64,000 nucleotides of DNA from Eledone cirrhosa (GCA_964016885.1 OZ024741.1:54684001-54748000), one strand, 5' to 3'; shown: positions 22,726 to 39,456, counted from the stretch's first letter. Made by a program: numbers and translations. Notes: generated by a model not told the origin, from the letters alone.

Positions 22726-22817
22726 CTTCATCTTTCATCCTTACGGGGTCGATAAAATAAAGTACCAGTAATGCACTGGGTAATTGCTGGCCTTGTGCCT
22801 AAAGTAGAAACAATTAT
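22726..22817 (+). mobile_element. SINE family 1, 3' part
   Basis: CTTTCATCCTTACGGGGTCGATAAAATAAAGTACCAG..AGTAGAAACAATTAT. Confidence 0.8.
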
Positions 22818-22892
22818 ACAATATCCTTTTACACTTGTTTTCTGGTTGTAATCTGTGTGTTTTGAGTTAGACTTGGCTGCTACTCGTGACAC

Positions 22893-23053
22893 CAGAACTG
22901 CCAACCTCTAAAACGCAGTGCCCCAAAACGGGGAGAAATGTGTCAAAAATGGGCAGATTTTACATAATGACAGCTATACCTATTTTCAGAAGAGAAGACA
23001 TCTCAAACTGGGTGGGAGATCTCCCCGTCGGACGGGGAGAGTTGACAGGTCTA
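22893..23053. mobile_element. Possible hAT-like MITE
   Basis: Imperfect terminal inverted repeats AGAACTGCCAAC and GTTGACAGGTCT; no clear target-site duplication. Confidence 0.35.
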
Positions 23054-23275
23054 TAAGACGTCAAACGCTAGTGTAGGTAATCTATCATTGGATTAACGTT
23101 GGTGTTGTTGTTTGGCTCCGAGGCAATCCTGATCCACCTCACCTACCTTCAAAGGTCTTTCAGTCGTGACCATTTACATTTTTGTTGAGTAATAAGGACT
23201 ATATTTACTTCTATTTTTTTAAAGTGATTTCAATGAAAACACACCTAGCGACATTTGTAGATTTTAACGTTAAGC

Positions 23276-23276
<1 letters not shown>

Positions 23277-23341
<65 letters not shown>

Positions 23342-23473
23342 CAGCTGTAGTAGTAGTAGTAGTAGTAGTAGAAGTAGCAGCAGCAGTAGTGGTAGTAGCA
23401 GCAGCAGCAGTAGTTATAGTAGTAGTAGTAGCAGAAGCAGCAGTAGTAGGAGTAGTAGTAGTAGTAGTAGTAG
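23277..23473. repeat. (GTA)n/(GCA)n microsatellite
   Basis: Read directly. Confidence 0.95.
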
Positions 23474-23692
23474 TTGCTCTTAGTGCCGTCATTGGCGTTA
23501 CTTTTGTGCTTATTTAAATATCATGATTTTTGCTGTTGTTGTAGATGGTAGCTTTGTTGTTATTCTTGCTGCAGTACTATTTACTGGGTACTACTGCTAT
23601 TGTTGACTTATTTGTGTTGTAGGTGTTTCAAGACACTAATAGGAAGTGTGGCGATAAGGTAGAGGCTATCTTTACTGTATTATCGCTGTCTG

Positions 23693-23878
23693 AAGGCGGT
23701 GAATGGGCAGTATCGGTAGAGGGTCGGACGCCATGCTTTCCAGCATAGTTACGTCCCTTTACAATCTGAGTTGAAACACCGTCGAGGTCAACTTTGCCTT
23801 TCATCCTTACGGGGTCGATAAAATAAAGTACCTCTAATGCACTGGGTAATTGCTGGCCTTGTGCCTAAAGTAGAAACA
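23693..23878 (+). mobile_element. SINE family 1, full length with target-site duplication
   Basis: tRNA-like head plus core, flanked by ATTATCGCTGTCTG (23679-23692) and ATTATCGCTATATG (23879-23892). Confidence 0.85.
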
Positions 23879-24163
23879 ATTATCGCTATATGTTAGTCCA
23901 ACAACCTCAGGACACTTGATCTTAGTGGCGACGTTTGATGGACATCTGGTATGGTCGTATTTGCGTGTGGCACGAAGAGAAGAACTTCTAGCGAAGGGAA
24001 AATACGACTACACTCACAATTATACATGTGAAATCATCGTGCCCGGAAGGAAATTGAAAGGAAACCCTGAAAAGATATTGTTGAAGCATACGCTCAGAAT
24101 TTAAGGCTCTATCAAATAAAATGCTCCGAAAACAATAATATTAACGTACGTATTGTGTCTGTG

Positions 24164-24238
<75 letters not shown>

Positions 24239-24573
24239 TCACCATCACCACCATTTTGATCATTATTATCATAATCATCATCATCAACATCAACAACATT
24301 ATCCTCATCGTCACCGTAATCAACATAACTGCCATCATCGTCGTGGTCGTCGTCGTCATGATAACATCATTATCATCATCACCCACTGTGTGTATGTGTG
24401 TTTCTATGATCGTAATTGTGTGGATGCGCGTATGTATATCAGGTGACAAGACATAGATTTGTAGCAAATTAAATCAAACATTTATTTATCCTTTGCTAAA
24501 ATAAATTAAACGAAGAGCAGAAAATCCTTATAATATACATACACTCATATATGTATATATATATATATACATG

Positions 24574-25228
<655 letters not shown>

Positions 25229-25454
25229 TAATAATATTAAATGTGCAGACTAAAATCCGAAGAGGGCTTGATAAGGATAATATATATATATATAAGATAT
25301 ATAAAACCGTAGAGCAAATATTTATTTAACAGATTAAAGTTTAAGCAAAGAATCGCTTCTTTCACCCTTAACGGGATCTTCTGAAACAAAAAAAAATCAA
25401 TTTGTGTCAATTTGCTTAAAAATCGATTTGCTTAAACCTAAATCTGTTATTTTA

Positions 25455-25486
<32 letters not shown>

Positions 25487-25505
25487 ATGTGTGTGTGTGT
25501 TTGTT

Positions 25506-25554
<49 letters not shown>

Positions 25555-25599
25555 ATATATATATGTTTGTGTGTCTGTGGCTGTATGTAGGATATCCGT

Positions 25600-26550
25600 A
25601 GATAAAAGTTCAAGGAAAACAATGCCCAATCTATTGAAAGAGAGCTTATTTAGTATAAATAAAGTTGCATATACTCAACATGTATGTGCGACCATTGGTT
25701 TCGGGTCCAGTTATGGCCACCTCTAAATAGCTGAGGAGGGTCTTCCAAACAGGCCTCTCGTCGATCACTCAGACAAAAATACGAAAAGGGAAACTTCTTT
25801 AGTTGTCTATATATGGTTTTAAACAGTGGAGAGTTTTATATCGGAAACAAGGAAGGTAATTCCTGAGTGTTTTCATTGCACTGTCAGCCTAAATTTATTT
25901 GCGTGTAGTATGCGAGAGGTTTGAGTTGCATGCTAATTATCTAAAAGCTTTAACCCCCTTGAGTGAGATCGCTACCAATGGAGGTGGCAGAGTGTTTATT
26001 TTGGGGGAATCAAGGAAGGCAAATTTTGGAGTTGTAAATGGCTCTTTCCAACCTGGCTGATCAGCCCTATTGCAAACACTTAAAATAATTAAGATAAAAT
26101 ATTTAAAATATTTATGTCTCCTCTAATAAATCCTCAATATTTAAACTCTGAATATGTAAAAAATTTATTGTATATGTGATTGTTTGGCTGCAATACAATA
26201 TTGTAATACTAAACCCTCTTTCAACAGACTATTTAGTGTAGGTAGGTGTACTGTGTTCGTTGAAAGGTAACAGAGGGGAATAGTGTTATGGAAGATTTAG
26301 AAGGTCTGCTGAAGGGACATCTTTTAATGAGCTTTCACATGGCTAAAACGTGAGCCTTCTGATGCAAACAACGTCTAAAGAACTCTGTTTGGGTGTTTAG
26401 GTATGTTTCAGGTGAGTATAAACTCTGCAAAATCCTAAATTTCTCGCTGAAGCAGAGCGGGCATATCATCCTTCCTTGTCTGTATGGCGTAGACTTTGGA
26501 GCACTTTCCATGTAATGTCATGTGGTAATCCAAGGGTATTTTTAAATAAT
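25600..26550 (-). mobile_element. Penelope-like element 3' remnant (endonuclease C-terminus plus 3' region)
   Basis: 26335-26550 on the minus strand reads ITWKVL / PYRQGRMICPLCFSEKFRIL..LNTQTEFFRRCLH, the W..PY..CxxC..EK..LN..E..C.H tail typical of Penelope-like GIY-YIG domains. A decayed hammerhead lies downstream at 25686-25768. Confidence 0.7.
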
Positions 26551-26633
26551 TATTATCGACAGATATATCAATAGAGATAGCAGTAACTTAAATACGAAAA
26601 TATAATTTCATTAAATAATAGTAATGCTTTACA

Positions 26634-27128
26634 TGATGAAGATGACGATGATAATGATGTTGTTGTTGTTGGTGGTGTTGTTGTTTTGTGGTGGTGGTGG
26701 TGGTTGTGGTGTTGGTGTTGGTGATGTTGATGGTGTTGGTGGTGGTGGTGTTGGTATTGGTGATGTTGGTGGTATTGGTGGTGGTGGTGGTGGTGGTGGT
26801 GGTGTTGGTGGTGGTGGTGGTGGTGGTGTTGGTGGTGGTGGTGTTGGTGGTGGTGTTGGTGGTGTTGGTGGTGGTGGTGGTGGTGGTGGTGGTGTTGGTG
26901 GTGGTGGTGTTGGTGGTGGTGGTGTTGGTGGTGGTGTTGGTGGTGGTGTTGGTGGTGGTGTTGGTGGAGGTGTTGGTGGTGGTGTTGCTGGTCTGATTGC
27001 TGGAAGTGGTGGTGATTATGATCGTGATGATGAAGATTATGTTGATGTTGAGAAGTGGGAGCGAGATGACAATGATGCTGATCTTGATGTTGATAATGAT
27101 GATGATGACGATTATGATGGTGTTGATG

Positions 27129-27160
<32 letters not shown>

Positions 27161-27492
27161 GATGGTGTTGATGACCATGATGACGATGATCATGATGATG
27201 ATGATCATGAGGAGGAGGAGGAGGATACTGGTGATGATGATCTGGATCATAATCTGGATAAGAATGCGGAAAAATCATAATGATGAGGATGATAAAGAAA
27301 AGAAGGATGAGATGGATGAGGAGAAGGAGGAAGGAGAAGAAAGGTAGTAGGAAGGGGAGAATAAGGAGAGAAGGAGGAGGAGGAGAGGGAAAAATGGTGG
27401 ATGGTGAAGGAGAGGAAGTAGGTGGAGGAAATGAGGATGAACAGGATATTGATCATGAAGATCATGATGATTATGATGATTATGATGAAGAT
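26634..27492. repeat. Compound trinucleotide tract (GGT/GAT/GGA)
   Basis: Read directly. Confidence 0.95.
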
Positions 27493-27689
27493 TAAATAAG
27501 ATAATTAATAATAAGACAACGACTGGTAACCATGTTATCCTTATTCCTCTTATAGTTCTATCTGACAGTTGAATTTGTTGTTGCTTTTGTTGTTGTATTT
27601 GTTGTTGTATTTGTTGTTGATGTTTTTACTTTGTTCAAGTATTCATTCCAGAATGTTATTTTGCATTCCCGAATTTGAAAATATACTTA

Positions 27690-30370
<2,681 letters not shown>

Positions 30371-30629
30371 TACATGCATTCTTCTATATTTACATAGGTA
30401 CTATGGCTGATCTTATACCGATGTATAAAATAATATTTATACTTCGATGCACGCATGTATGCACATGTTTCACATATATGCTTTATACGCACACTCACAT
30501 ACAGACATACACGCACGCGCGAGCGCACACACACAAACAAACACGCATATACACATAAACACACACGCATATATATATAGAGAGAGAAAGGCATAGATAG
30601 ATACATACATACATATATACATACATACA

Positions 30630-31240
30630 TAGTGGCTGCCAACTCGTTTTCGAGTACGGCCACTACTTTATATCCATGTAGGAGAACCCCTACCGATGGG
30701 CTGAACGAGTGTGACTTTTTAGTCCCGCCAGCGACTTGAAAACTCTGGTACAAACACTACACTTGTGACAATTATTGACACATAGTGCTGGGCCCATGGT
30801 ACCATGTGACGACAAGTGCAGAGAGATCTCCAGATATAAAGCAATGCCTGTGCCGTGAAGCTTTTATAGTGAGCAAAGGCACTGCACAAAGCCAGTCCCA
30901 CTCTCTTAACCAAGATGATATTTACCAAAAAGAAGAACAAGTCAACATCATTGGATACCATCAGGGTTGCAGGTGTTATATCAGAGTTTTCCTTCTCCTA
31001 GAACTCTGCCTTGACAAAGGCTAAGGGGTCATCTCTCCCAGTGATTTTGGATGGCCATTGACTCTTAAGAGCTCCTTTGCCCTTTGACAGGTTTTGTTTT
31101 TAGTCCTGCAGGATGTCTAAAGTCACCCTCCTCACCAAGAAACCTTGGTGGGGTTGCCAGTTTAGTCGCCAACGACCCGACCATGAAACAGGTTGTACTG
31201 GGATACATGTTACCAGTAGCACCAAGTGGTGATCTGACAT
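30630..31240 (-). mobile_element. Internally deleted (bipartite) RTE-derived non-autonomous retroelement
   Basis: RTE-type 5' UTR motif CTAGGAGAAGGAAAACTCTGA joined to a terminal C2H2 finger CSVCTRVFKSLAGLKSHTRSAHR* (30690-30773), a 3' hairpin and a (TATG)n tail. Confidence 0.7.
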
Positions 31241-31242
31241 AA

Positions 31243-31431
31243 CATACATACATACATACATACATACATACATACATACATACATACATACATACATACA
31301 TACGTACGTACGTGCGTACATACATATATACATACATACATACATACATACGTACATACATACGTATATACATACGTACATACATATATACATACATACT
31401 TACATACATACATACATACGTACATACATAT
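31243..31431. repeat. (TACA)n microsatellite
   Basis: Read directly. Confidence 0.95.
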
Positions 31432-31432
31432 A

Positions 31433-31805
31433 TGTGGACATCAGCTGCCCACTTGATGTAAACGTTGTCAGAAAAATACAGGAGAAGTAGGACATCTACG
31501 GACCATTGATGAGGAGTTTACAAATTCAGTATCCAAGATACACCTTTAGCTTCATACCCATCATTATTGGAGCTACGGGTTATATACCAACCCACTTGGA
31601 CCAAAGTATGACTGAACTTGGATTTGCGGACAAAAAGCGCAGCTCCCTATTTCATAGTCTACAAATGGCTGCGATAGCTGGCACCTTCAAAATTTGCAAA
31701 ACATTCTTGCGATTCAAGGGATGACAACTTCTTTTCTTTTACAACCTTGCCACCAGGAAGGTGGCCGGTCAAAAAAATATACTCGAAATTAAGAGAAAGA
31801 GAAAA
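31433..31805 (+). mobile_element. R4/Dong-type RLE element, TACA family 2, 3' fragment
   Basis: Highly similar to 48028-48398; ISCPLD..PIIIGATG; TACA on both sides. Confidence 0.85.
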
Positions 31806-32177
31806 CATATACGTACGTACATACATAGATAGAAACACACATATACATTCATATACATACATAGATGCCACATACATATATACATACATTATCTTCCCAC
31901 TGTGGGTCTTATATACACCTTAACGCCTGTTTATTATATACCTACAATATTAATATTGGCACCATTGGATATATACACACGTACATGTATTTACGCGGGT
32001 CTGTGTGTGTGTGTGTGTGAGCATGTGTGGGCATGTATATGCATGGGTGTGTTTATGTCTGTGTGTATGCTCACTCTCGCACTCACACACACACACACAT
32101 AGACACAAATACCTATATACGTATAGATTTGTCTGTGTGAGTGGATTAGGGTGATTTCTAAATGTATATATATATAT

Positions 32178-32219
<42 letters not shown>

Positions 32220-32228
32220 ATATATATA

Positions 32229-32305
<77 letters not shown>

Positions 32306-32412
32306 TGTTTGTATATATATATATATATATATGTATTTATATGTATACGCACATACACACATGCACACTCATAACATTTATTTATGCGTGTATATATACC
32401 TATCTCATTCTC

Positions 32413-32501
<89 letters not shown>

Positions 32502-32556
32502 TTATACATAGGTTATATACGTGTGCTTTCAGGCATATATAATATATATATAATAT

Positions 32557-32641
<85 letters not shown>

Positions 32642-32671
32642 CTTATACATAGTTATATACGTGTGCTTTCA

Positions 32672-32719
<48 letters not shown>

Positions 32720-33109
32720 ATATATAGTTACATATGCACGTATATATACACATATATATACACCTATATATACACATATATATACACATATATAAACACA
32801 TATATATATGTGTGTGTGTGTGCGTGTGTTTGTTTATGTGTGTATATGTGTTAAAACATTAAAAAACTTGAGGAATTCGAATCGTGTAACGTATAACTGT
32901 ACGGTGGAGATGGCAACGTCGCGACGTTGGCAGCGGTAGCGACGTTTTCATTAAATTAGGAGATGAAGCCTGGCTCAGGATTTGCCAAAAACGCCTAATT
33001 GGATTAAAGCAGGTTTCCGCTGAGGTACCGTCTCGCTGAATAATAATATAACAATAACAACAGTAATAACAACAACAATAACAATCCTGCTGTTACTATT
33101 GTCGCTGTT

Positions 33110-33325
<216 letters not shown>

Positions 33326-33415
33326 ATGATTTCTGCTGCTGTACCTACTGCTGTTGCTGCTACTTCTGTTCCTACTGTTGCCATACTGCAAATACTAATA
33401 AGCATAGTAATATTA

Positions 33416-33493
<78 letters not shown>

Positions 33494-33975
33494 CAGAGGC
33501 GGTGATGGAGAACAATCAGGTGAAGGTGCTGTGGGATTTTAAGATACAGACGGACAAAAAACTGGAACACAATAGACCTGACCTGGTGGTTGTGGACAAA
33601 GAAAAAAGATCGTGTCTGATTGTGGATGTGGCCTGCCCGTTCGACACGAGAGTGCAAGAGAAGGAGAGGGAGAAAATTAACCGATACCAGGACCTAAAGT
33701 GGGAGGTGAAAAGGATTTGGAACTGCCATGAAGTCAAAGTGATCCCGATTGTCATAGGCGCACTGGGGACTATCTCCAAAAGTTTCCAGGGATGGTTAAA
33801 GAAAATCCGCCCCTTCACGCTTTTTGGAACGCTTCAAAAGGCATGCTTGCTTGGAACAGCAAGAACCCTCCGATACGTCCTGAATATCTGAGGCTGCAGG
33901 TAGTTGCTTGATATTCAATCCAACGGACTTTCCAGTTAACCAACATCAATGACTGAGATTCAAGGAATAACAACG
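33494..33975 (+). mobile_element. Dong/R4-clade RLE element 3' fragment inserted in (TAA)n
   Basis: ORF 33502..33891 LWDFKIQTDKKLEHNRPDLVVVD..IVDVACP..K..RYQDL (PD-(D/E)xK restriction-like endonuclease). (TAA)n at 33416-33493 and 33978-33995. Confidence 0.9.
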
Positions 33976-34024
33976 GTAATAATAATAATAATAATCAACA
34001 TCATCATCATCATCCTCATTGCGA

Positions 34025-34374
34025 CCACAGTAGATTCTTAACAATGTCTCTCTGCATTTCACGATCTTCCATAACTCCACAGGTCAGCAATACTCGGACA
34101 CTTGATGTCTGCGTGCAGAACGTTTTTGTCATCCTGCCCATATCTCGGACAGGCCGGGCTAATGGCCCTTCCTTGCCTGTAGAATTTATCTCGAACTGGA
34201 AAGCTCATCTGCAGCATTGCCATGGAAGTTGTCTATGGGCCCTGGACCGAAAGTCCGCCGGAAAAGAGTGGCTAGTTGATTTTCTTTGACTCCTAGATTC
34301 TCCCCAAAATGCTGTCGTTTTTACCTGCCACTAAATCTCTATAGAAAGTTAAGGTAGAGTCTCCACCGATTGCT
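34025..34374 (-). mobile_element. Old fragment of the same Tx1-like ORF2 C-terminal region
   Basis: Translates as DSTLTFYRDLV..LATLFRRTFGPGPIDNF..PVRDKFYR..CPR..ADLWSY, homologous to copy D at about 14700-15060. Confidence 0.75.
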
Positions 34375-34493
34375 ATGCCCGAAGATGAAGATGATGATGA
34401 TGATGACTACGACGACGGTGGAGAAAAAGAAGAGGTGGTGTTGGAAGAGTGGGAGAAGAAGAAGAAGAAGAAGAAGAAGAGATGCTATTATAA

Positions 34494-34605
34494 CAAATCC
34501 CGCCGAGGTTAACTTTGCCTTTCATCCTTACGGGGTCGATAAAATAAAGTACCAGTAATACACTGGATTAATTGCTGGCCTTGTGCCAAAAGTAGACACA
34601 ATTAT
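34494..34605 (+). mobile_element. SINE family 1, partial
   Basis: Same core and 3' end as 23693. Confidence 0.8.
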
Positions 34606-35078
34606 AACGGTTATAGCAATAATAACCATCGAAATCATACGTTATAATGAAATCATTGTTGAAGGTTATGATAATTGTGAATATATCATTGATGGTTAGT
34701 GGAGTCGAAGATGTTACTGATGACGGCAACAACGCCGAAGTAGAAGACGATAAAAGTGAATGAAGAGGATATTGATAATAAGGGTACTGATATCGATGAT
34801 GATGATTATATTGTTCAAAATAATGTTCATAATAATGAGTCTGCAAGAGAAAGGATTATATTTGCACCGCAACCCCATCTACCACGCCACATCCACTGTT
34901 CCATAACAGCTGATTATGGGAGAATTCACAGCGAACATACAATTAATTCTTTCTGAACATAGATTTAATAACAGTAAAAAAAATACATGCAGAAACAAGA
35001 AATGATTGCATAAGTCAGTTTATATGTATGTACACTCACCCTCACCCACCTACACACACACATACACCCACATACACG

Positions 35079-35201
<123 letters not shown>

Positions 35202-35216
35202 GCATATGTATATATG

Positions 35217-35248
<32 letters not shown>

Positions 35249-35283
35249 GCATATGTATATATATATATATGTATATATATATG

Positions 35284-35314
<31 letters not shown>

Positions 35315-35317
35315 GTA

Positions 35318-35351
<34 letters not shown>

Positions 35352-35422
35352 CATATATATATATATACATATACATATATATATATACATATATATACAT
35401 ATACATATATATATATATATAC

Positions 35423-35488
<66 letters not shown>

Positions 35489-35544
35489 TTGTATAAAGTG
35501 AAACAGAGTGGGGCGATACACACATATTTACAGAGATATACAGT

Positions 35545-35577
<33 letters not shown>

Positions 35578-35579
35578 AT

Positions 35580-35620
<41 letters not shown>

Positions 35621-35772
35621 TATATATATATATATATATAATTATTTATATATATATATGTATACGCACACATATACATATGTATATATTTATACATATA
35701 TATATACATATATGCATATACATATACATATACACACACACATATACATATATACATATATGCATATACATC

Positions 35773-35827
<55 letters not shown>

Positions 35828-35865
35828 CGAGCTGAGGATCCGCTAAGGTAAAACAATTGTTCTCG
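35828..35865 (+). ncRNA. Hammerhead-like remnant with G12 replaced by A, in a (TA)n island
   Basis: CGAG-CTGAGGA-TCC(gctaa)GGT-AAAA-CAATTG-TT-CTCG. Confidence 0.6.
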
Positions 35866-35900
35866 GTATGGTGAACTAACTGTTGTTTAACCACTTATAT

Positions 35901-35944
<44 letters not shown>

Positions 35945-36085
35945 CACACGTGTATATATATATGTTTGTGTATGTGTAGGTGTATATCTATATAGATATG
36001 TGTATATATCTCCGCCTCTCATTCTCTTTATATATATATATATATGAGAGAGAAAGAGAGAGAGTGAGTGAGAGAGAGAGAGAGT

Positions 36086-36126
<41 letters not shown>

Positions 36127-37253
36127 TGAGAGAGAGTGAGAGAGAGAGAGAGAGAGAGAGGGGGGGGTCGGGGAGATATATAGATAGTTTTAAAGTAAAT
36201 ATAGGTACCATTGTATAAATTCACAAATACCATTTAACTATCTATTCCTTCTGAGAATTAACAGAAAGTATATAGAATTGCATCTATAAAGCAAGGCTTA
36301 TATATTTATAACGAGTTGATGGATAGTGGGAAAGGGATTATTCATTGTGTACGTAAGTGAGGGAGAGGGTAAGATATCGAGAAGATGATATTTTATATAA
36401 AGTGTTGGAATGAAGTGTAAGAAATAGAAGGTTTAGAATATTTACTCGTTTAACAGATAAGATGACCAGGTTAATCTTTTCAAAATAATGAAATATGTAC
36501 AGAGTGTAGGTATTTTAAATAATAATATGTAGTGGTCGTTTGATTTTTTTTATTGTTTTATCGGTAAGGGGAGATTAGACGCCGTTAACTCTTTCAGTTA
36601 TTCCATGGTTAGTCGGGAAAGAAAATGTTACCCAAAATAGAGAAAGCTAGTTCGAATGCTAGAAACTGAATTACTTGTAAGTTACCCATAGGCCAGGTGC
36701 TCGTGGTAAATCTGTCCCCTTTATTAAGAACTGCCACTCAAATGGACCAGAGAGGGATTTTAATTAAGCCTACAGTGTATTACCAAATACACTATATATA
36801 CATTCATATATACATCGCTATTTCAGACCAATTCTAAGTTTCAATTTTTGCTGGACCGGCAACCGCTCTGTATAATCAGTTCCTGATTATTACTGGAATT
36901 CTATAAGAATCCAACATTCATAATTTTCAACAAACAAAGGGAGTGCTAAGCTATGAGGAATACCAACAATATGAAAGCTTATCTCCCTTTGTTTGTTGAA
37001 AAAAGAAGTAACTGACATAGTCACTACTTTAAAACAATAGCGTAAGGTCTTCAAAATGCTTTTAATTAAGCATACAGTGTATTGCCAAATACACTGTATA
37101 TATACATTCATATATACATCGCTATTTCAGAGCACCAATTCTAAATATATATGTATATATATTTATGCAGCACAAGATCAGTATATATATATATATTTTT
37201 TTTTTATACATACATATATATAATAATATAATGTGTGTGTGTATAAATATATG

Positions 37254-37301
<48 letters not shown>

Positions 37302-37518
37302 ATAATACATAAGTGTGAGTGCACATGTGTGTATAATTATATATTTACACACACATAATAACACACATATATATGAGGTTATAGTGTATAACATTAATAT
37401 TTTCATTGGTAAGATCAGATAAGCTCAATACACTATACTGTCCTCAGTTCTTCATAAGCAAAAACCTGTTAAAGGGCAAATTTTAAGAAAGTTAAAGATA
37501 GGAAATTATTATTTATTC

Positions 37519-37648
37519 ATACATCTCTACGAACGTTTCAACACGGCTAGAATATCACACCCATTTGCAAAGAGACTAGAGATTACCTGTTAACAGTTAT
37601 CTCAATTATCGGTTCTTTATCCTATCCGTGTCTCTTCAGGAAATATAT
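37519..37648 (-). ncRNA. Hammerhead ribozyme with an about 70-nt insert in stem II
   Basis: ATATATTTC-CTGAAGA-GACACGGATAG..CTAGCCGTGTT-GAAA-CGTTCG-TA-GAGATGTAT; intact core, GUA triplet. Confidence 0.72.
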
Positions 37649-37925
37649 AAAACAAAATAACAATAATTAATACCATAAGAGAAATATCAATAAAATGAGA
37701 GAATTCAAAGTATGGAGCAGTTAAGCAGGAGGTAAAAATGTTGAAGTGCAAATTAAGCATAAGCTTATACAAGTTTCTTTCCAGCATGCAAGTTTATAAA
37801 TTTATCTGTGTTTTATTTTTATTCATGAAATTTATAACGCTTCTAATACAAATTTAACTTGAGAACCTGCTTACAAAAATAATATACATATACTATATAT
37901 ATGTAAGAATATTCTTAGCTCCATA

Positions 37926-38714
37926 TACGAGGTGTGTCAGAAAAGAGGAAGGACTGGGGTCACAAAACAAAATACTCCCAATATAAACTACAAACTACGT
38001 TTTCCCCTTCGAAATAATTCCCCTTGCTTCTAATGTACTTGCCTATCCTTCTCCGTCTCATGGAAGGATTCTCGCGGGATTCTCCGCAGCGCCGCCGTCA
38101 CGGCCCATTTGATGGCTTTCATGTCCGGGAAACGGGTTTCCTTGGTGACCCTATAACATTTAAGGAAAAGGAAACAATCGCACGGAGCTAGGTCGGGTTA
38201 GTATGGAGGTTGGTCCAACACGGTAATGTTCTTCTCAGCCATGAACTGCCGGATGCTCAGTCATTGTGAGCCAGCGCGCTGTCGTAGTCAAGCACCCACG
38301 GGTTGTCCTGACACAAAGCTGTCGCGGTTCGTGCTCAGCTAACTTACGAACAGTTGAATAGTCATCTGATGATTGCCACTCACCACATGCCTCACACGCT
38401 CAACGTTCTGCTCGTTGAAGGCCTTCCGCTCTTCGGTTCGTATTCCCCGTTTTCGCGTCCCTGTTTGAATCTTTTGTGCCACTTGAAATCGCAGGGCATC
38501 TGACGGAGTTTTGCCCAGCCGGACAAGAGATTTCAGGTTGGTTCGTTGCGCTGTGCCCATAGCTCGACGGCCTAAAATTAGCAAGTTCTTAACATAACGC
38601 GTGAAATAACATACAATGATTGCAGAGAGCTGAAATCGGTTATTACATCATATGGTGACGCAACCTGCTAATCTGTCACACAGCACACTTAGTCCTGCTA
38701 ATTTTCTGACGCAA

Positions 38715-38720
<6 letters not shown>
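37926..38720 (-). mobile_element. Internally deleted mariner transposon
   Basis: TA-flanked imperfect TIRs (TACGAGGTGTGTCAGAAAA..AGGACT and AGTCCT..TTTTCTGACGCAATGCATA). Transposase remnants QRTNLK..LGKTP, YDSALAH and PPY*PDLAPCD. Confidence 0.85.
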
Positions 38721-38786
<66 letters not shown>

Positions 38787-38992
38787 CATTTATATATTTA
38801 CACATACGTACATACACACATGCACACACATAAACATTCATATATTCATGCACACACATATGCAAATCATCATGCGACAGTGCGGAGGGGGAAATTTCAG
38901 AGGGTCAACGCCCACCACTTCGTCATAATGCAAATGAACATATATATGAGAGAGAGTGTGTGTGTGTGTGTGTGTGTTAGTGTGTGTGTGTA

Positions 38993-39024
<32 letters not shown>

Positions 39025-39221
39025 TGTGTGTACGTGTGTGAGTGTGTGTGAGAGAAGGAGAGAAAGTGTGTGTTTGTGTGTGTGTGTATATATGTGTGTG
39101 TACGTGTGTGAGTGTGTGTGAGAGAAGGAGAGAATGTGTGCGTGTGTATATATGTGTATGTGTGTGTATGTGTGTGTGTGTGTGTGTGAGTGCGTGTAAG
39201 AGAGGGAGGGAGAGAGCGAGA

Positions 39222-39253
<32 letters not shown>

Positions 39254-39401
39254 GTGTGTGTATGTGTGTGTGTATATATGTGTGTGTATGTGTATGTGTG
39301 AGAGAGACAGTGGGTGTGTGTTAGTGTGTGTGTATATGTGTGTGTATGTGTGAGTGCGTGTAAGAGAAGGAGGGAGAGAGAGAGTGTGTGTATGTGTGTG
39401 A

Positions 39402-39456
<55 letters not shown>

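Noticed and set aside
25250-25390. Further hammerhead-like fragments (also about 39505-39605 and 41590-41665)
   Set aside because: Core bases or stem I are missing, so they cannot be told from chance without a family consensus.
26290-26335. SECIS-like hairpin after the Penelope-like stop codon
   Set aside because: The AUGA/GA quartet and apical AA are not present; too degenerate to support.
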